This document shows positions 62,239 to 64,000 of a stretch of 64,000 nucleotides of DNA, in pieces. Position numbers and translations under genes: made by a program. Under the pieces are notes generated by a model. It saw only the letters and a program-made list of their open reading frames with translations. It did no database searches and was not told the origin of the DNA. Location of the stretch: the NCBI GenBank assembly GCA_963848965.1, contig CAWKFG010000004.1, forward strand, positions 224,001 through 288,000, given 5' to 3'. The stretch's first letter is position 1. Each line of letters begins with the position of its first letter. The DNA comes from an uncultured bacterium. GTDB lineage: Bacteria > Babelota > Babeliae > Babelales > Babelaceae.

Positions 62239-63630
62239 TTAAGAAGCACGCTGAACGTTTGTATATTGATAACATCCAATTGGCTGTCTTAGTGGACACA
62301 ACGCTGAATTAACATCGCTATTGAGAAGCTCAATAATGCGTGTATATATTCTTTCAGCATCGAAAGCTTTAATTACATCTACAGGGTTTCCATTTGGATC
62401 TCGTTGAGTTTTACCAATACTCGTATTAAGTATAGTAGTAATGGTAACTATTTGTTCTGCTTCATTAACATCTGTAGTTATAGAAGCAGGTTGATCTATT
62501 ACTGTGATACCTACACCGTCTTCTCTTTGTGCAATAACTGATCGATCTATTAAAGCAAGCGCAGAGGTAACATCCCAAATAAAGAGATTAGTAAGATTAA
62601 CAGGATCAAACCATGTATCAGCAACTCTATCAAGTAAGAGAGAAACAAAGAGTGCTTCAGGGGTTTGCACTGATGCTCTTAAACGATTTAAAAAGGCTCT
62701 TGTCAAAGGAACAGTATTCGTTGCATCAAAAGGGTCAAGCATAATGTTTATACCAGCATTAGCGAGTATAGTAAACACGCCTTGCGCAGCTTGAGGATCG
62801 AGATAGAAGTTAAACTCAGCAGCAGTATTATAAGGTACGCTAAACAAGTTTCCAGGAACATCAACAGCACCACCCATTTGTCTAAACTGAGCAATATTAT
62901 TAATCACCTCAGCAGGGGCCCCATCAAGTACTTTGAAAGCTCCTGTTAAGCTTCCTGCAGAAAGCAAAGTAACTTTTTCTGGTGATTCAGCAATAATTTT
63001 CCGTATAGTTGCAACGGAAATAACGTCGTCAGAAGTTTCAGGGGTAGCAGTAGGAACAGCTACATAATGACGATTTGATTGAGGAAGAAGATGTGCAATA
63101 CCCCACAAAGTATCTGCAAACAATAGTCCTCCATCTCCAGCAGGAACTGCTGAACGGAAGGTATAATCTGGAGGAGTACCAGAGCGTTCATCAAGTAATG
63201 AATAGAAAGAACCAACGACTACCTGAATATCATTTCTTCCAAGCCAATCAACAATATTAAATACATTTCTAATAGCAGGACCAGAATTAGAAAAAGCATT
63301 TCCTCCAAGATAGATAGCTCTCAAGTTAATATTTTCAGCCTTAAGTAATAAAAATATTGCTATAGTATCATCAAAGTTAGTAGCATCTGAAAAATAAACG
63401 ACTGGTGTTCTCGGTACCGCTGGATTAGGACAGAACCGAGTACAAACTTTGCGGCGAATAGCCTCTGTAAATGGGTTGTTACCACTTGCAGCACAATCAA
63501 AAATTGCCGCTTGATCTGATCCCGCTTGCCTATTACAGTTTGACCGGACCCTACCTGCTGTACAATCTATTCCTAGAGCAAGCATAAACCCCAAAAGGGC
63601 TGTGAAAATTTTTTGTATTGGTAACTTCAT
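62239..63630 (-). CDS. Secreted nucleoside hydrolase (IU-NH family)
   Basis: SDATNFDD (DxDxxxDD-like), MGGAVDVPGN, AEFNFYLDP, PFDATN, WD; signal peptide and Cys-rich N-terminal extension. Confidence 0.85.
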   Translation of the reverse strand: MKLPIQKIFTALLGFMLALGIDCTAGRVRSNCNRQAGSDQAAIFDCAASGNNPFTEAIRRKVCTRFCPNPAVPRTPVVYFSDATNFDDTIAIFLLLKAENINLRAIYLGGNAFSNSGPAIRNVFNIVDWLGRNDIQVVVGSFYSLLDERSGTPPDYTFRSAVPAGDGGLLFADTLWGIAHLLPQSNRHYVAVPTATPETSDDVISVATIRKIIAESPEKVTLLSAGSLTGAFKVLDGAPAEVINNIAQFRQMGGAVDVPGNLFSVPYNTAAEFNFYLDPQAAQGVFTILANAGINIMLDPFDATNTVPLTRAFLNRLRASVQTPEALFVSLLLDRVADTWFDPVNLTNLFIWDVTSALALIDRSVIAQREDGVGITVIDQPASITTDVNEAEQIVTITTILNTSIGKTQRDPNGNPVDVIKAFDAERIYTRIIELLNSDVNSALCPLRQPIGCYQYTNVQRAS

Positions 63631-63955
63631 AAATAACTCCTTTAGTAAAGCCTTAATAATAAGCTTAAATTATAGTAACTATGAGTATAAACAAACCTAT
63701 ACCACTCATTTAAGCGCTTATTGAACTAGGTTAACTTTTTACTGCTATACGAGAGATAGACTATACTTTTGCTTCGACACCCTCCTTTTTCAAGTGGTCA
63801 ACTGTTGTTCTCTGTTTTATAACAAAAACCATAAAAATGCAAATATTTAGTCAACTAAATGTAAAATAGTTTTGCTTCAAATAACAAGTTAGTGTAAAAT
63901 AAAAAAAATAGAGGTGGTTTTATACGCTATTCTAGGGCTTTAGGATTTAAAAAAT

Positions 63956-64000
63956 ATGGTACATAAAAATTTGCTCTGTGCTATTGGTAACACTCCGTTA
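63956..64000 (+). CDS. Start of a probable cysteine synthase-like PLP enzyme (runs off the window)
   Basis: MVHKNLLCAIGNTPL; IGNTPL is the typical CysK/CysM N-terminal motif. Confidence 0.55.
   Translation, partial: MVHKNLLCAIGNTPL

Overview
AT-rich bacterial chromosome segment using the standard genetic code. The gene content suggests an obligate intracellular symbiont or parasite of protists, most likely Ca. Dependentiae/Babelota (TM6); this is an inference. Housekeeping genes (gatC with two tandem gatA, rsmG, topA, frameshifted metG, potABCD, Omp85, gltX, rpsU-rbfA-pilD, folC-like, atpI/R-atpB-atpE, putP) are mixed with many signal-peptide proteins carrying eukaryote-like domains: ankyrin, WD40, a USP deubiquitinase, ankyrin-PP2C, PI-PLC-X and a nucleoside hydrolase. 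I found no rRNA, tRNA, CRISPR array or transposase. The main signals are: (1) a full-length bacterial homolog of mitochondrial ATAD3 with a signal peptide; (2) an ATP synthase c subunit made of four fused hairpins with E/Q/E/D at the ion-binding sites; (3) a ~405-bp imperfect palindrome of two diverged, covarying multi-hairpin units after gltX; (4) a recurrent [AG]-Met junction after signal peptides of candidate effectors; (5) a five-member Inc-like hydrophobic-hairpin paralog family; (6) unannotated small secreted ORFs. All family calls come from motif recognition by eye; no database search was run.
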